The notes beneath the pieces are model-generated. The model did no database searches. It was not told where the DNA came from and was given only the letters and a program-made list of their open reading frames with translations. From the NCBI GenBank assembly GCA_043821365.1, contig JBDRCX010000006.1, positions 734,151-798,150 of the forward strand: 64,000 bases of DNA. The letters are read 5' to 3'. Each line of letters starts with the position of its first letter. The stretch's first letter is position 1. The stretch is from Candidatus Micrarchaeota archaeon. GTDB taxonomy: Archaea; Micrarchaeota; Micrarchaeia; Anstonellales; Bilamarchaeaceae. Positions 43,433-52,725 of the stretch are shown one piece after another. A program made the translations under genes and the position numbers.

Positions 43433-45466
43433 ATGAAATCTGAACATATCTTAGCAATATTTGTGTTAATACTACTTATCATAGGTGTTTATTTTCTCTT
43501 CTTGAATAAAACAGATGAGCCTATTGTTGTTAATAATCTGACAAACAATACAACCATGCAAAATTATACTCCTCCGAATATGACGACAGTTTGTTCAGAT
43601 AGTGATGTAAATGATGATTTGTTTATTATGGGCTCAGTAACGTTCAATTCTACCACCAAATCAGATCAATGTCTAAATTCAACATCACTTTTACAATATA
43701 ATTGCGTTAACAATACTGTTCAGTCAAAAAGTGTTTTATGTCCTGCAAATTATGTATGTAATTCTGGTGCATGCGAACTTGGAAACACATCAGCTGTTAC
43801 TAATGAATGTTATGATTCTGATAATGGCCAATTTTATGAAGATACTGGCGTGGTCACATACAATGGAAGTACTTATCTAGATTATTGTACTGCACAAGAT
43901 GAATTGCAAGAATATTATTGTGATAATGGAAATATGGAAGTTGCAGCACACACCTGTCAATCTGGTCAAGAATGTATGGATGGTCACTGTGCATCAGTTC
44001 CAACTTCTTGTACTGATTCTGACGGCGGAGAAAACAAAGATGCAAAGGGTACTGTCACTATAGTCAAATTAGGAGCGTCACACAATTTTGGTACTGATGA
44101 ATGCTTAAATTCAGTTGATGTTCATGAATTTTTCTGCGATGGTAACAATCCGATGGATAGTGTACTTTCATGCGAACCAGATGAATCTTGTTCAAATGGT
44201 AAGTGCGTGAAAAATTCTCAACAACAAGATACTTGTGAAGATCCTGATGGGCAGGATGCTGATATTAAAGGAACTACAACAAAAGGTTCCGAATCACATT
44301 CTGATGCTTGTGTTAGTCCAAGCAGAGTTGAAGAATTTTATTGTTCCGGAGATAATATAGTATCAAAAGAAATGGATTGTCAAACTGGATTTGCATGTAC
44401 TAATGGTGCGTGTACTCCGTCACAATCATCTGGTTGTACTGATTCGGATGGTGGTGACGATAATTATGTCCTTGGTACTACTACTGGCTTAAACGGACAA
44501 TTTACTGATTACTGCCATACCAATGGTAATGATGTTATGGAGTATTATTGTGATAGTTCAGATAATGCACAGGTAAAACAAATGATGTGTCAGGTAACTG
44601 GGGTTTGTCAAAATGGTGCATGCACTACTTCATCACCAACCACATGTACTGAAACTGATGGTGGTAAAGATGAACTTGTAAAAGGTACAACAACGGACTC
44701 GACGGGTAGTAATACTGACTATTGTACTCCATTCGGAGGTCTTAATGAGTATTATTGTGATAATGGTCAAATGAAATCAGATGTGCTCATGTGTAGTGTT
44801 GGCACATGCCAAAATGGTGTTTGTACTACTTCATCACCAGCTACTTGTACTGAGACAGATAATCAACAAGACATAAATAATTTTGGTTCAGTTACTGATA
44901 ATACTGGAACATATTCTGATAGCTGCTTAGACTCTTCAACTGTTGAAGAGTGGTATTGCGGTATTGACAATCTAGCTAAGAGGACACAATTAACATGCGC
45001 TACTGGATGGTCTTGTTTGGGTGGCGAATGCATCATGACTATGTGTTCTGATGGTGATGGGTCTGACCTAAATCTTTTGTATGCAGATACAGACCCTTCA
45101 ATATATACTGCAAGCTCAGCAAGTGACTATACTGGTTCCTACCAAGACTCATGCTCAAGTCCAAATAATTTAGACGAATTTTTCTGTGATTCAACTTCCA
45201 ATTTAGCACAAGCCTATCAAGCTTGGTGTACATTTGGTTGTACAAATGGTGCGTGTATCCAATTACAAATACAATCATGTACTGATTCTGATGGAGGTCC
45301 TGATGAATTCACTTTCGGTACAACTACTGATTTGATGAATACCTATCAAGATACCTGTGCAGGCCCTCAAATACTTACAGAATACTATTGCACTGGTCCA
45401 AATGGAGCTGCTACTCCAACAACAATAACATGTCCAGTTCTATGTATGAATGGACAGTGCAGCTAA
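43433..45466 (+). CDS. Membrane-anchored Cys-rich protein with nine CxDxDGG-type repeats
   Basis: N-terminal TM; repeats CSDSDV, CYDSDN, CTDSDGG, CEDPDG, CTDSDGG, CTETDGG, CTETDN, CSDGDG, CTDSDGG, each with ExxC and CxxGxC. Confidence 0.88.
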   Translation: MKSEHILAIFVLILLIIGVYFLFLNKTDEPIVVNNLTNNTTMQNYTPPNMTTVCSDSDVNDDLFIMGSVTFNSTTKSDQCLNSTSLLQYNCVNNTVQSKSVLCPANYVCNSGACELGNTSAVTNECYDSDNGQFYEDTGVVTYNGSTYLDYCTAQDELQEYYCDNGNMEVAAHTCQSGQECMDGHCASVPTSCTDSDGGENKDAKGTVTIVKLGASHNFGTDECLNSVDVHEFFCDGNNPMDSVLSCEPDESCSNGKCVKNSQQQDTCEDPDGQDADIKGTTTKGSESHSDACVSPSRVEEFYCSGDNIVSKEMDCQTGFACTNGACTPSQSSGCTDSDGGDDNYVLGTTTGLNGQFTDYCHTNGNDVMEYYCDSSDNAQVKQMMCQVTGVCQNGACTTSSPTTCTETDGGKDELVKGTTTDSTGSNTDYCTPFGGLNEYYCDNGQMKSDVLMCSVGTCQNGVCTTSSPATCTETDNQQDINNFGSVTDNTGTYSDSCLDSSTVEEWYCGIDNLAKRTQLTCATGWSCLGGECIMTMCSDGDGSDLNLLYADTDPSIYTASSASDYTGSYQDSCSSPNNLDEFFCDSTSNLAQAYQAWCTFGCTNGACIQLQIQSCTDSDGGPDEFTFGTTTDLMNTYQDTCAGPQILTEYYCTGPNGAATPTTITCPVLCMNGQCS

Positions 45467-45527
45467 TTTTTCTTTTTATTTTAGAATAATTTATTATTGT
45501 TTCCTGTCTATTCCTAATTGTGTTTTT

Positions 45528-45911
45528 ATGGAAGAAAGACAGCACGAATCGCATGAAATCCCGGAATCTATGAGAAGTCCACAATTAGATGCAGTTCTGT
45601 TAAAAAGTACCTCAGGACCTCTACAAAATGCACAATTAGAGGCAGTTTTACTAAAACATCAAATTCCTCCAGAATATGTTTTAGATTATTTCAGGACTCG
45701 GTCTAAGTGGTCTGATCCACTAAAAATTAATGCTGGAATCTCAACAAAACTTGCATTTACACTTGGTTTTCTAACTGCGCATAAAAGAAAATCTCCAGAG
45801 TCAATAGGGTTCGGAGAATTAACAAGTTTAGATGTTGCCACACTGGATAAAAACCTAAATATCCTTAGCGGGGTAAGTGGATCAGCAGTTGAATGGAGGA
45901 TTAGATCCTAA
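45528..45911 (+). CDS. Hypothetical protein
   Basis: ORF from MEERQHES fills the gap. Confidence 0.55.
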   Translation: MEERQHESHEIPESMRSPQLDAVLLKSTSGPLQNAQLEAVLLKHQIPPEYVLDYFRTRSKWSDPLKINAGISTKLAFTLGFLTAHKRKSPESIGFGELTSLDVATLDKNLNILSGVSGSAVEWRIRS

Positions 45912-46316
45912 TTATTCATATCTTCTTAATTTATATGCTAAAAAGATGCTCCCAACCATCATACTAAGGAAAAACGATCCTAACAATGCAAAAAACATGT
46001 CGGTTATTGGTACAAAGAATCTATCTATTATGAATATCACTCCTATCATAAATGCAAGAAAAAAGAACGAGTGTGAAGTTGCAACTGCAATGTTAAAAGT
46101 GGTTGTTTCTTCAGACATAAAAGATGGTTGGACCCAGGTTAAGTAAATTGATGTTGCACCCATAAATATAAGCCCAATAGCAAAGAACCCCATTAAGCCC
46201 GGGTCAATTAGTATGCCTGTGAAGAAGAAACCAAGAGAAACTGCAAAGAAAATTGAAACTATTTTGTACTTTCTAATGTCCTTGACAGCTCTTGTTATAT
46301 CAAATTTTTTTACCAT
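45912..46316 (-). CDS. Hypothetical four-TM membrane protein
   Basis: 134 aa, four hydrophobic segments. Confidence 0.7.
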   Translation of the reverse strand: MVKKFDITRAVKDIRKYKIVSIFFAVSLGFFFTGILIDPGLMGFFAIGLIFMGATSIYLTWVQPSFMSEETTTFNIAVATSHSFFFLAFMIGVIFIIDRFFVPITDMFFALLGSFFLSMMVGSIFLAYKLRRYE

Positions 46317-46347
46317 TAATATGTAAATTATCTTATAATTTATAAAT

Positions 46348-47655
46348 TTAGCCCCAAAGATAGCCCCACATGGCTAGTTTATCACTATCCTCAGACCATC
46401 TCTTACCAATGTCAGTTCTATAGAACATGTTTGGGATAATTATGTTTTTTATTCTATTATATACAATTTTTCTTGCTTCTTCCATTGTTGTTCCTGATGC
46501 AGTTATAACTAGCGCATAACCGCTGTTTCCAGCTAATCGCCAGTCATTATCAACTAATTTAACATCACCAAGATGTATTCCTTCGAAATTACCTTTTTTG
46601 AAAATTATTGATGCTTCCTCAGAATACATTTTGAAAGCAACAGGGTCATCGAATGGAAATGGTGGTACTGCAACCACTATCCCTATTTGGAATGCTCTAC
46701 GTGTTCGTAATTCTGGTTTTTCTTTTTTTGCAATTCCATATAAAAATGTCCCCCATTCACTCAATACTCCTTCCATTGCTATGCTTATGTGTGGGTATCC
46801 AAATCTGCTTGTGAATTCTAATGGATAAATACCCCGTGAGTTAACTATGCAATTTATGTCTATATATCCAACATAACCCGATTCGGCTAATTTTCCTCTC
46901 ATTTTTGCAAGTGTGGCATCAAAAATAGGGCTTTTGTTTGTAAAAAACATGGTTGTGCCCATCTCTCCAGTACTTGGTCCAATGTCACCTGGAAACATTC
47001 TCTTATGTTCAAAATTTACATTTATAGGGAAAATAAACTCTTCACCATTGAAAAATGCACCGACTGCAACCTCAACACCAGAAATATATTTTTGGATTTG
47101 AAATTCTTTAATCTTTTTACCCCAATTTTTCTTATATCTTTCAAGCATCTCAACAATATCCTTGCCATCTTCTTCCTGTCCTACAAAAAGCAGCTCCTTT
47201 TCGTTCTGTGCAAGTCCACTTGGCTTTAGAACATATCTATCAGGATTTTTTATAATAAATTCAACTGCATCATCAAAATTGTTAAAGTTCCATCTTGGAA
47301 TAACTGATATGCCAACAGCACTCATCTCAGTTTGTCCAAACTCTCTATTCATCTCTAATTTATCTGTGTAAACACTTCCACCAACAACTGGTTTTCCAGC
47401 TTTTCTGAGTTTTTCTGCTTCCTCTCCAAAACCAAAATCATCAAAAACTATAAGGTCTGCCCAATCAACATGATCCTTCCAATTTTCTGCTTTGTCAACA
47501 AAACCATCACAGACATCTTTCTGTTCTTTACATTCAATATAATATTTTACTTCGTGGCCTTCTTTTTTTACAGCCCATGCCGTATCCCCAATCAAGGCAT
47601 CAATAGATACAAATAGGATTTTTATTGGAGTCTTTGTCTGGTTATTTCCATTCAT
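46348..47655 (-). CDS. PurD-like ATP-grasp ligase with divergent substrate sites
   Basis: VLKPSGLA, EHKRMFPGDIGPSTGEMG, EFTSRFGYP, FYRTDIG; no GSGGREH; start 47655. Confidence 0.85.
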   Translation of the reverse strand: MNGNNQTKTPIKILFVSIDALIGDTAWAVKKEGHEVKYYIECKEQKDVCDGFVDKAENWKDHVDWADLIVFDDFGFGEEAEKLRKAGKPVVGGSVYTDKLEMNREFGQTEMSAVGISVIPRWNFNNFDDAVEFIIKNPDRYVLKPSGLAQNEKELLFVGQEEDGKDIVEMLERYKKNWGKKIKEFQIQKYISGVEVAVGAFFNGEEFIFPINVNFEHKRMFPGDIGPSTGEMGTTMFFTNKSPIFDATLAKMRGKLAESGYVGYIDINCIVNSRGIYPLEFTSRFGYPHISIAMEGVLSEWGTFLYGIAKKEKPELRTRRAFQIGIVVAVPPFPFDDPVAFKMYSEEASIIFKKGNFEGIHLGDVKLVDNDWRLAGNSGYALVITASGTTMEEARKIVYNRIKNIIIPNMFYRTDIGKRWSEDSDKLAMWGYLWG

Positions 47656-47754
47656 GCACTTATTTAGAGGTAAATATTTATTTAGATTGAGGTTATTTTT
47701 TTTGAAATTTGCTAAAAAATAGGTTTTTATAGGCCTATAGAGAAGTCTATACCC

Positions 47755-48546
47755 ATGGTGGGCGGAATAAAAGGCATCGCCCGGCGACCTTATGATGGTG
47801 ACAAAAGAGTAGGTACACGACATGCCTACATTGTAAGCCAGTTAAAAGAACGAGGGTGCAAGCCAAAAATAGACCAATACGGTAACATTTGGGTGGATAA
47901 AGGTAGCGGCAGCCCGTTTAGATTATTTTCATCTCATATTGATGTTGATCCAAGAATCCGCCATCTGACGTTTAAGTATCAAGATGATTGTGGTAGGAAA
48001 ATAATGAAAGGAGTATTGGACAATGCAGTTGGTTGCTATCTAAACCTCCTACTTGCTCAAAAAGGACCAAAAAAAGGAAGGGCAATCTACATATTTACTG
48101 CTTCTGAAGAAATTAAAAGAAACCACCCAAGGATGTTTGCAAGAAGTGCAAGAGAGATTACTAAACAACTTAAAAAAAGAAAACTAAGACCAGACTATTG
48201 CGTTACTATAGATGTTACCTACCCTAAATTACATTCCCCCCAAGAAGAAACTGATTGGGACAAAGAGTATGAACAGATTTTTGATCTTGAGGACGAGACT
48301 CATTGTTATGTTGATGGTTTTTCGAGGCCAGTTTCGCGTCGTTTAGGGCTTCATTTTGTTAAAAAGTTCAAAGATCCAAAAGTCTTAATACGAGATTTTC
48401 ATGGTCATGATGAAGCCATAGTTTATGACCGCACTTGTCCATCGTTTGCGTTTGGTCCAGTTGTTTATGGTAGTTTTGACAGGTCTGAACAAGTGATGCC
48501 ATTATCTCATCTTAAAACTGCATTAAAATTTCTAAGAAGAGTTTAA
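47755..48546 (+). CDS. M28/M42-like metallohydrolase
   Basis: FSSHID, GVLDNAVG, FTASEE, TIDVT, GHDE metal-ligand order. Confidence 0.75.
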   Translation: MVGGIKGIARRPYDGDKRVGTRHAYIVSQLKERGCKPKIDQYGNIWVDKGSGSPFRLFSSHIDVDPRIRHLTFKYQDDCGRKIMKGVLDNAVGCYLNLLLAQKGPKKGRAIYIFTASEEIKRNHPRMFARSAREITKQLKKRKLRPDYCVTIDVTYPKLHSPQEETDWDKEYEQIFDLEDETHCYVDGFSRPVSRRLGLHFVKKFKDPKVLIRDFHGHDEAIVYDRTCPSFAFGPVVYGSFDRSEQVMPLSHLKTALKFLRRV

Positions 48547-48569
48547 AATCCTCCTTCATCATATTATTT

Positions 48570-49259
48570 ATGTATAAATTTGTTATAATTATTTTGACAT
48601 TTACGTTTTTTAGTGGTTGTTGTGATCTAACTACACCGGATAGTTATGATTCATTTGACTATCAGTCAACCAACTATTCTAATACTTATGATAATTCCTA
48701 TCCTTCTACTCAGAATGGGGCAACCACCTCGGTATCTTCAGTACAACAGCTACCGGAGGTTGTCGTAAATGGAAAGACCCTTTCTCTAGAAGAGATTCAG
48801 GAACTGGTTAATTATTATGGTATTTTCTATGAAGGCAGATTCTGGTATGATCCAATAAGCGGTCTTGCCGGAAGAGAAGGTTATCCAGCTGAATTTAGGC
48901 TTTATCCAGGACATACATTTCTTGGAGAAATTGATCAGGATGCTTCAAATGGTGATACTGGTGTTATTGTAAATGACCGAGAATTAACTGAAGTAGAAAT
49001 ACAGTACCTTGAGAGTGTTTTACAAATGCAAAGACAACCAGGCTATTACTATCTTGATTCACAGGGTAATTTTGGTAATAATATTTATGGATATGTAAAT
49101 CTCTATTCAGTTGGAAGTGGCGGATACTATGATAATAACGGCCAATACCAGGGAACTGGTGAGGTCTGGAGCACTTCTGGAGGTTATGGTGGTAATTCTC
49201 AAGGTGGCTGTTCATACGTAAATGTTGGTGGGGACTTTGCAACTTCTGGATGTGGCTGA
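48570..49259 (+). CDS. Lipobox protein with a domain resembling the plant XLG/EDR4 region
   Basis: FSGCC; VVVNG, FWYDPISGLAG, GDTGVIVNDREL. Confidence 0.7.
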   Translation: MYKFVIIILTFTFFSGCCDLTTPDSYDSFDYQSTNYSNTYDNSYPSTQNGATTSVSSVQQLPEVVVNGKTLSLEEIQELVNYYGIFYEGRFWYDPISGLAGREGYPAEFRLYPGHTFLGEIDQDASNGDTGVIVNDRELTEVEIQYLESVLQMQRQPGYYYLDSQGNFGNNIYGYVNLYSVGSGGYYDNNGQYQGTGEVWSTSGGYGGNSQGGCSYVNVGGDFATSGCG

Positions 49260-49403
49260 TTTTTATTAAAAATTTAATCGAAAGTTATTATCTTTATCAC
49301 TTCTAACATATATTTATTAATACAGTTAAGTAATACACTTTTAGGTAGTAGTTCTTTTTTTAGAAAGACTATCAAAGTCAGGTACAAGCTTGATATAAAA
49401 TTA

Positions 49404-49425
49404 AAAAAGAACATTAGTTCTTTTT
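49404..49425. repeat. AAAAAGAAC-family hairpin
   Basis: AAAAAGAAC-ATTA-GTTCTTTTT. Confidence 0.8.
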
Positions 49426-49443
49426 AAAATAGGTGAAATATAA

Positions 49444-49587
49444 ATGGATGGAGACAGAGGTAGCGATAGGCCAATGTTTGACGCAGTTTGTTCAAAATGT
49501 GGTCAGCCTTGTCAAGTACCGTTCAAACCTTCAGAAGGTAGACCGGTTTACTGCAAAGCATGCTACAAACCAAAATCAAGATTCTAA
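49444..49587 (+). CDS. CxxC-x17-CxxC domain microprotein (47 aa)
   Basis: AGGTGA SD; RPMFDAVCSKCGQPCQVPFKPSEGRPVYCKACY. Confidence 0.92.
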   Translation: MDGDRGSDRPMFDAVCSKCGQPCQVPFKPSEGRPVYCKACYKPKSRF

Positions 49588-49608
49588 ATTCATAAATGTT
49601 TTGAAGAA

Positions 49609-50499
49609 TCAATTAATTATTCCTTTTTCTACTAATTCTAAAATATTATCTACAGTTTCAGCTCTGCAAATTTTATCTCTTAATCTAGATGCATGAGATA
49701 ACCCAGTGATAAAATTCACTGCCTTCACCTTGATGTCATTTACTTCTACTTCTCCTAGATATCTTTCATGCAATCTAATATATTCACTTAAGATTGCTAT
49801 TCTTGAGGTTATTTCTTTCTCATTAAAGAGCATTGGATTGACCATTGCAGCCCTGCCAATCATAAAAGAATGGCAATATCCTTCATTAACATATTTCTGA
49901 CCTTGTTCAATTGTTTTTATATTTCCGTTTCCAATTACTTCTATTTCCAAATTCTCTTTTAAATATCTGATTTCTTCCCAATTTGTATTTCCTGAATATC
50001 CTTGTTTTACTGTTCTTCCATGGACTATTATGGATTCTGCTCCTGCATCTTGGATTTTTTTACATATCTCAAGAGTTTCTTTTTTGTTTGATCTTAGCCT
50101 TATTTTTACACTTACATTGTCATGGTGTTTTTTCATTCCTAAAACTGACTTCACAATGATTTCTGGTTTCTCTAGGAGAGCACTCCCTCCACCACTTTCT
50201 CTTGTTCTAGTCGAAGGGCAACCACAATTCAAATTCAACCATTTTACAAAAGGTTTCTCTTCCACTACTATTCTGGCTGTTTTTTCTATATCCTCTGGAT
50301 TATTTCCAACCAATTGCACTCCAATATTTTTCTCATCTTTATGAGCATCTACAAAGGAAATTTTTTCATCTAATCGTGCAATTGCAGTTGAATTTACAAG
50401 AGGAACACAAGTTGCTATGGCACCATATTTTTGGCAGAGTAATCTAAATGGCAAATTAGTGTATCCATCTATAGGTGCAAGAAAATTAGCATAAGCCAT
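49609..50499 (-). CDS. dus: tRNA-dihydrouridine synthase
   Basis: LAPIDGYT, VQLVG, LNCGCP, SVKIR, IVHGRT, IGNGNI, MIGRAA. Confidence 0.92.
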   Translation of the reverse strand: MAYANFLAPIDGYTNLPFRLLCQKYGAIATCVPLVNSTAIARLDEKISFVDAHKDEKNIGVQLVGNNPEDIEKTARIVVEEKPFVKWLNLNCGCPSTRTRESGGGSALLEKPEIIVKSVLGMKKHHDNVSVKIRLRSNKKETLEICKKIQDAGAESIIVHGRTVKQGYSGNTNWEEIRYLKENLEIEVIGNGNIKTIEQGQKYVNEGYCHSFMIGRAAMVNPMLFNEKEITSRIAILSEYIRLHERYLGEVEVNDIKVKAVNFITGLSHASRLRDKICRAETVDNILELVEKGIIN

Positions 50500-50528
50500 A
50501 GCTGAGTATTATCTACAAAATATTAAAA

Positions 50529-52112
50529 CTACTGTTCTCTTCTACCCAAGCGCGCTTCAAAAAACTCCTTTATTAATTTACCAACTTCTTTGAATTCATT
50601 TGTATCTGCTATCATCACTGGTCTAAACCCAACCAATCCTTCTGGTTCTGTACCAAGAACATAAAAACGATCTATAGGAGGGAAAAGTACTCCGGTTTCC
50701 ATGAGTAAATCAGCACATAATATATCTGATGCACCCATCCGTGCCACAGGAACCCTTGTTAGGTAATCATCAAGTGCACTCATTGCTTCGTGATTACCTG
50801 CAGCATCCATCATGGCCCTAACCCGTCCTAGTATTATTTCCTTATACCCAATTTCAAGCCAGGGTAAATCGTCTCCACGTACAACAAAGACGTTATATCC
50901 ACTACTTTCTATTTTTATTTCTGGGTATAGTGACTGTAAATATGGAGATAATCCTGCCATGAAAGCTTGGTTACCTCCGTGACCATCCTCACCAATAAAC
51001 CGTCTACGTGCTTCTTGTCTAACCCACTCAAGTGTGGGGTGGGGGGCACCTTCTCTCTCGCTAATAAGAATGTCATGTGCAGCAACCAAACCTTTTACTG
51101 ATGTGTATGATTGTGGGTTCAGTCCAATGTCAAATAGTGATTCTAACCCTCTTATGACTCCACCAGCAGCATAACTCCTGAGGCGCTTTGGGACATATAT
51201 GGCTATTACTCCTGCTCTTTTTCCAGGCTCAAGCATTACTTTCGAGGCGCTGTTTGTAAATATTAATATGTGTTTTTCATCTGCAAGTTCTATCAATTTA
51301 TCTATTGTTAGTTGTGTTTTTGGCCATGACATGGACATATAGATAACATCAACTACAAATGGTCGTATTACCCCATCTTTTAATGTGGCCATCTCTGCCA
51401 TATCAAACAAACCACTTCCTTTATCATTCCTATAAACTTCAGGTGTATGAACTATCGGTAGGGGATTCTCATGAGTTACTACTGTTGCCAATCCAGCAAG
51501 TCTAAATGGATTATTATGTTTTCCGTATCTGTTACTGTCAGGCAATCCTGTTTTTGGATCACGTTCAATTGAAACTATTCCCCCTCTTCCAACAAGCATT
51601 GTTGCTACTGCAAGATGAGTTGGGTATGTTAAATTCGGAACTGCCATGTGCATTCCAGTATTTAGTAATAGTAATTGCTGTATTGTTTGGATAGCACCAC
51701 TTATACCTGCTGTAAAAAAAATGTGGTTTGGATCTTCTATTCTGTAATACGGAGCTATTTTTGCTCTATCTTTCTGCAAATCTTTCAGGTATTCGCCACT
51801 TACTGTGTCTTCACTACCTGCTTTATATCTAAGTGACCTTAACATTGCATCTCTTATTGTTGGAACAACAACACGGGGAAAATATTTTGGGAAGTTTCCA
51901 GAATCAAATCTTCTGAGTTCTTTTCCATTTGGTAATTTCCCATCCACTACAACTGCCCCAGCCAAAACTCTTGCCCAAGTATCTTTTAATGTTTGTTCTC
52001 TGCCATCTACCACTGCTCGGTTTACTTTTACTCTTGCATCAAGACCACTAAGTTTTGCAAAATAAGCATCGTTTGATGGTGGTGACCCTAATCGTTTTGC
52101 TGTCATGGCCAA
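50529..52112 (-). CDS. Highly divergent fold-type I PLP-dependent aminotransferase-like protein
   Basis: FTAGISGAI, NLTYPTH, VVDVIY, TNSASKVMLEPGKRAG, GFRP. Confidence 0.75.
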   Translation of the reverse strand: MAMTAKRLGSPPSNDAYFAKLSGLDARVKVNRAVVDGREQTLKDTWARVLAGAVVVDGKLPNGKELRRFDSGNFPKYFPRVVVPTIRDAMLRSLRYKAGSEDTVSGEYLKDLQKDRAKIAPYYRIEDPNHIFFTAGISGAIQTIQQLLLLNTGMHMAVPNLTYPTHLAVATMLVGRGGIVSIERDPKTGLPDSNRYGKHNNPFRLAGLATVVTHENPLPIVHTPEVYRNDKGSGLFDMAEMATLKDGVIRPFVVDVIYMSMSWPKTQLTIDKLIELADEKHILIFTNSASKVMLEPGKRAGVIAIYVPKRLRSYAAGGVIRGLESLFDIGLNPQSYTSVKGLVAAHDILISEREGAPHPTLEWVRQEARRRFIGEDGHGGNQAFMAGLSPYLQSLYPEIKIESSGYNVFVVRGDDLPWLEIGYKEIILGRVRAMMDAAGNHEAMSALDDYLTRVPVARMGASDILCADLLMETGVLFPPIDRFYVLGTEPEGLVGFRPVMIADTNEFKEVGKLIKEFFEARLGRREQ

Positions 52113-52262
52113 TGAATTATTAGTTAGAATTTATAAATTATGTTGTAATCTGGGTATTCATTTGTAGATAAGATTCCACACACCAGACCTCTGCTCGTCT
52201 ATTGCAAACATTTATATTGTTTATTTGCCTCTTTTATTCAAGAGTTCATTGACGCGAGAGAT

Positions 52263-52363
52263 GTAAAAATGCGAATGCATTTTTACTTAATCGAAATTGA
52301 AATTTCGATGAGTGGCAAAATTGATTCAATTTTGTCTTCATAAAAATTGCAATTTTTATGAGG
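52263..52363 (+). promoter_or_regulatory. Four consecutive hairpins in the alba 5' leader, the last covering the SD
   Basis: 52263-52286, 52290-52309, 52315-52335, 52336-52363; SD GAGGTG at 52360-52365. Confidence 0.75.
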
Positions 52364-52370
52364 TGTATAC

Positions 52371-52721
52371 ATGGAAGAAAACGTAGAGAATACAGAACAA
52401 CCTGTAAACGAACAACCTGTAAACGTAGAAACAGAACAACCGGTAAAACGAAGAGATGACAACACAGTGTATGTGGGTAAAAAAGGCACTATGGGCTATG
52501 TTCTAGCTGTAGTAACTCAGTTCAATAATGGTGCAACAGATGTCTGCGTAAAAGCAAGAGGGAAATTAATTGCAAGGGCAGTTGATGTTGTTGAGATCGT
52601 TCGACATAGGTTCATGCCAAATGCAAAGATTCAAGACATCTCAATATCTACTGAGGAACTTACATCAGAAGACGGTTCAAAAAACAAAGTTTCTTCTATT
52701 GAAATAAAAATACAGAAGTAG
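52371..52721 (+). CDS. albA: DNA/RNA-binding protein Alba
   Basis: VYVGKKGTMGYVLAV, KARGKLIARAVDVVEI, VSSIEI. Confidence 0.96.
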   Translation: MEENVENTEQPVNEQPVNVETEQPVKRRDDNTVYVGKKGTMGYVLAVVTQFNNGATDVCVKARGKLIARAVDVVEIVRHRFMPNAKIQDISISTEELTSEDGSKNKVSSIEIKIQK

Positions 52722-52725
52722 TGTT

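Noticed and set aside
46348-47823. Annotating as purD with the long ORF-track start
   Set aside because: The first 56 codons overlap the divergent promoter and neighbouring gene, and substrate-binding motifs are altered, so the symbol was withheld.
49349-49425. TAGTTCTTTTT 11-bp direct repeat as a fourth duplication-plus-insert event
   Set aside because: Shorter and T-rich, so much less significant; kept out of the count though the spacing (66 bp) is similar.
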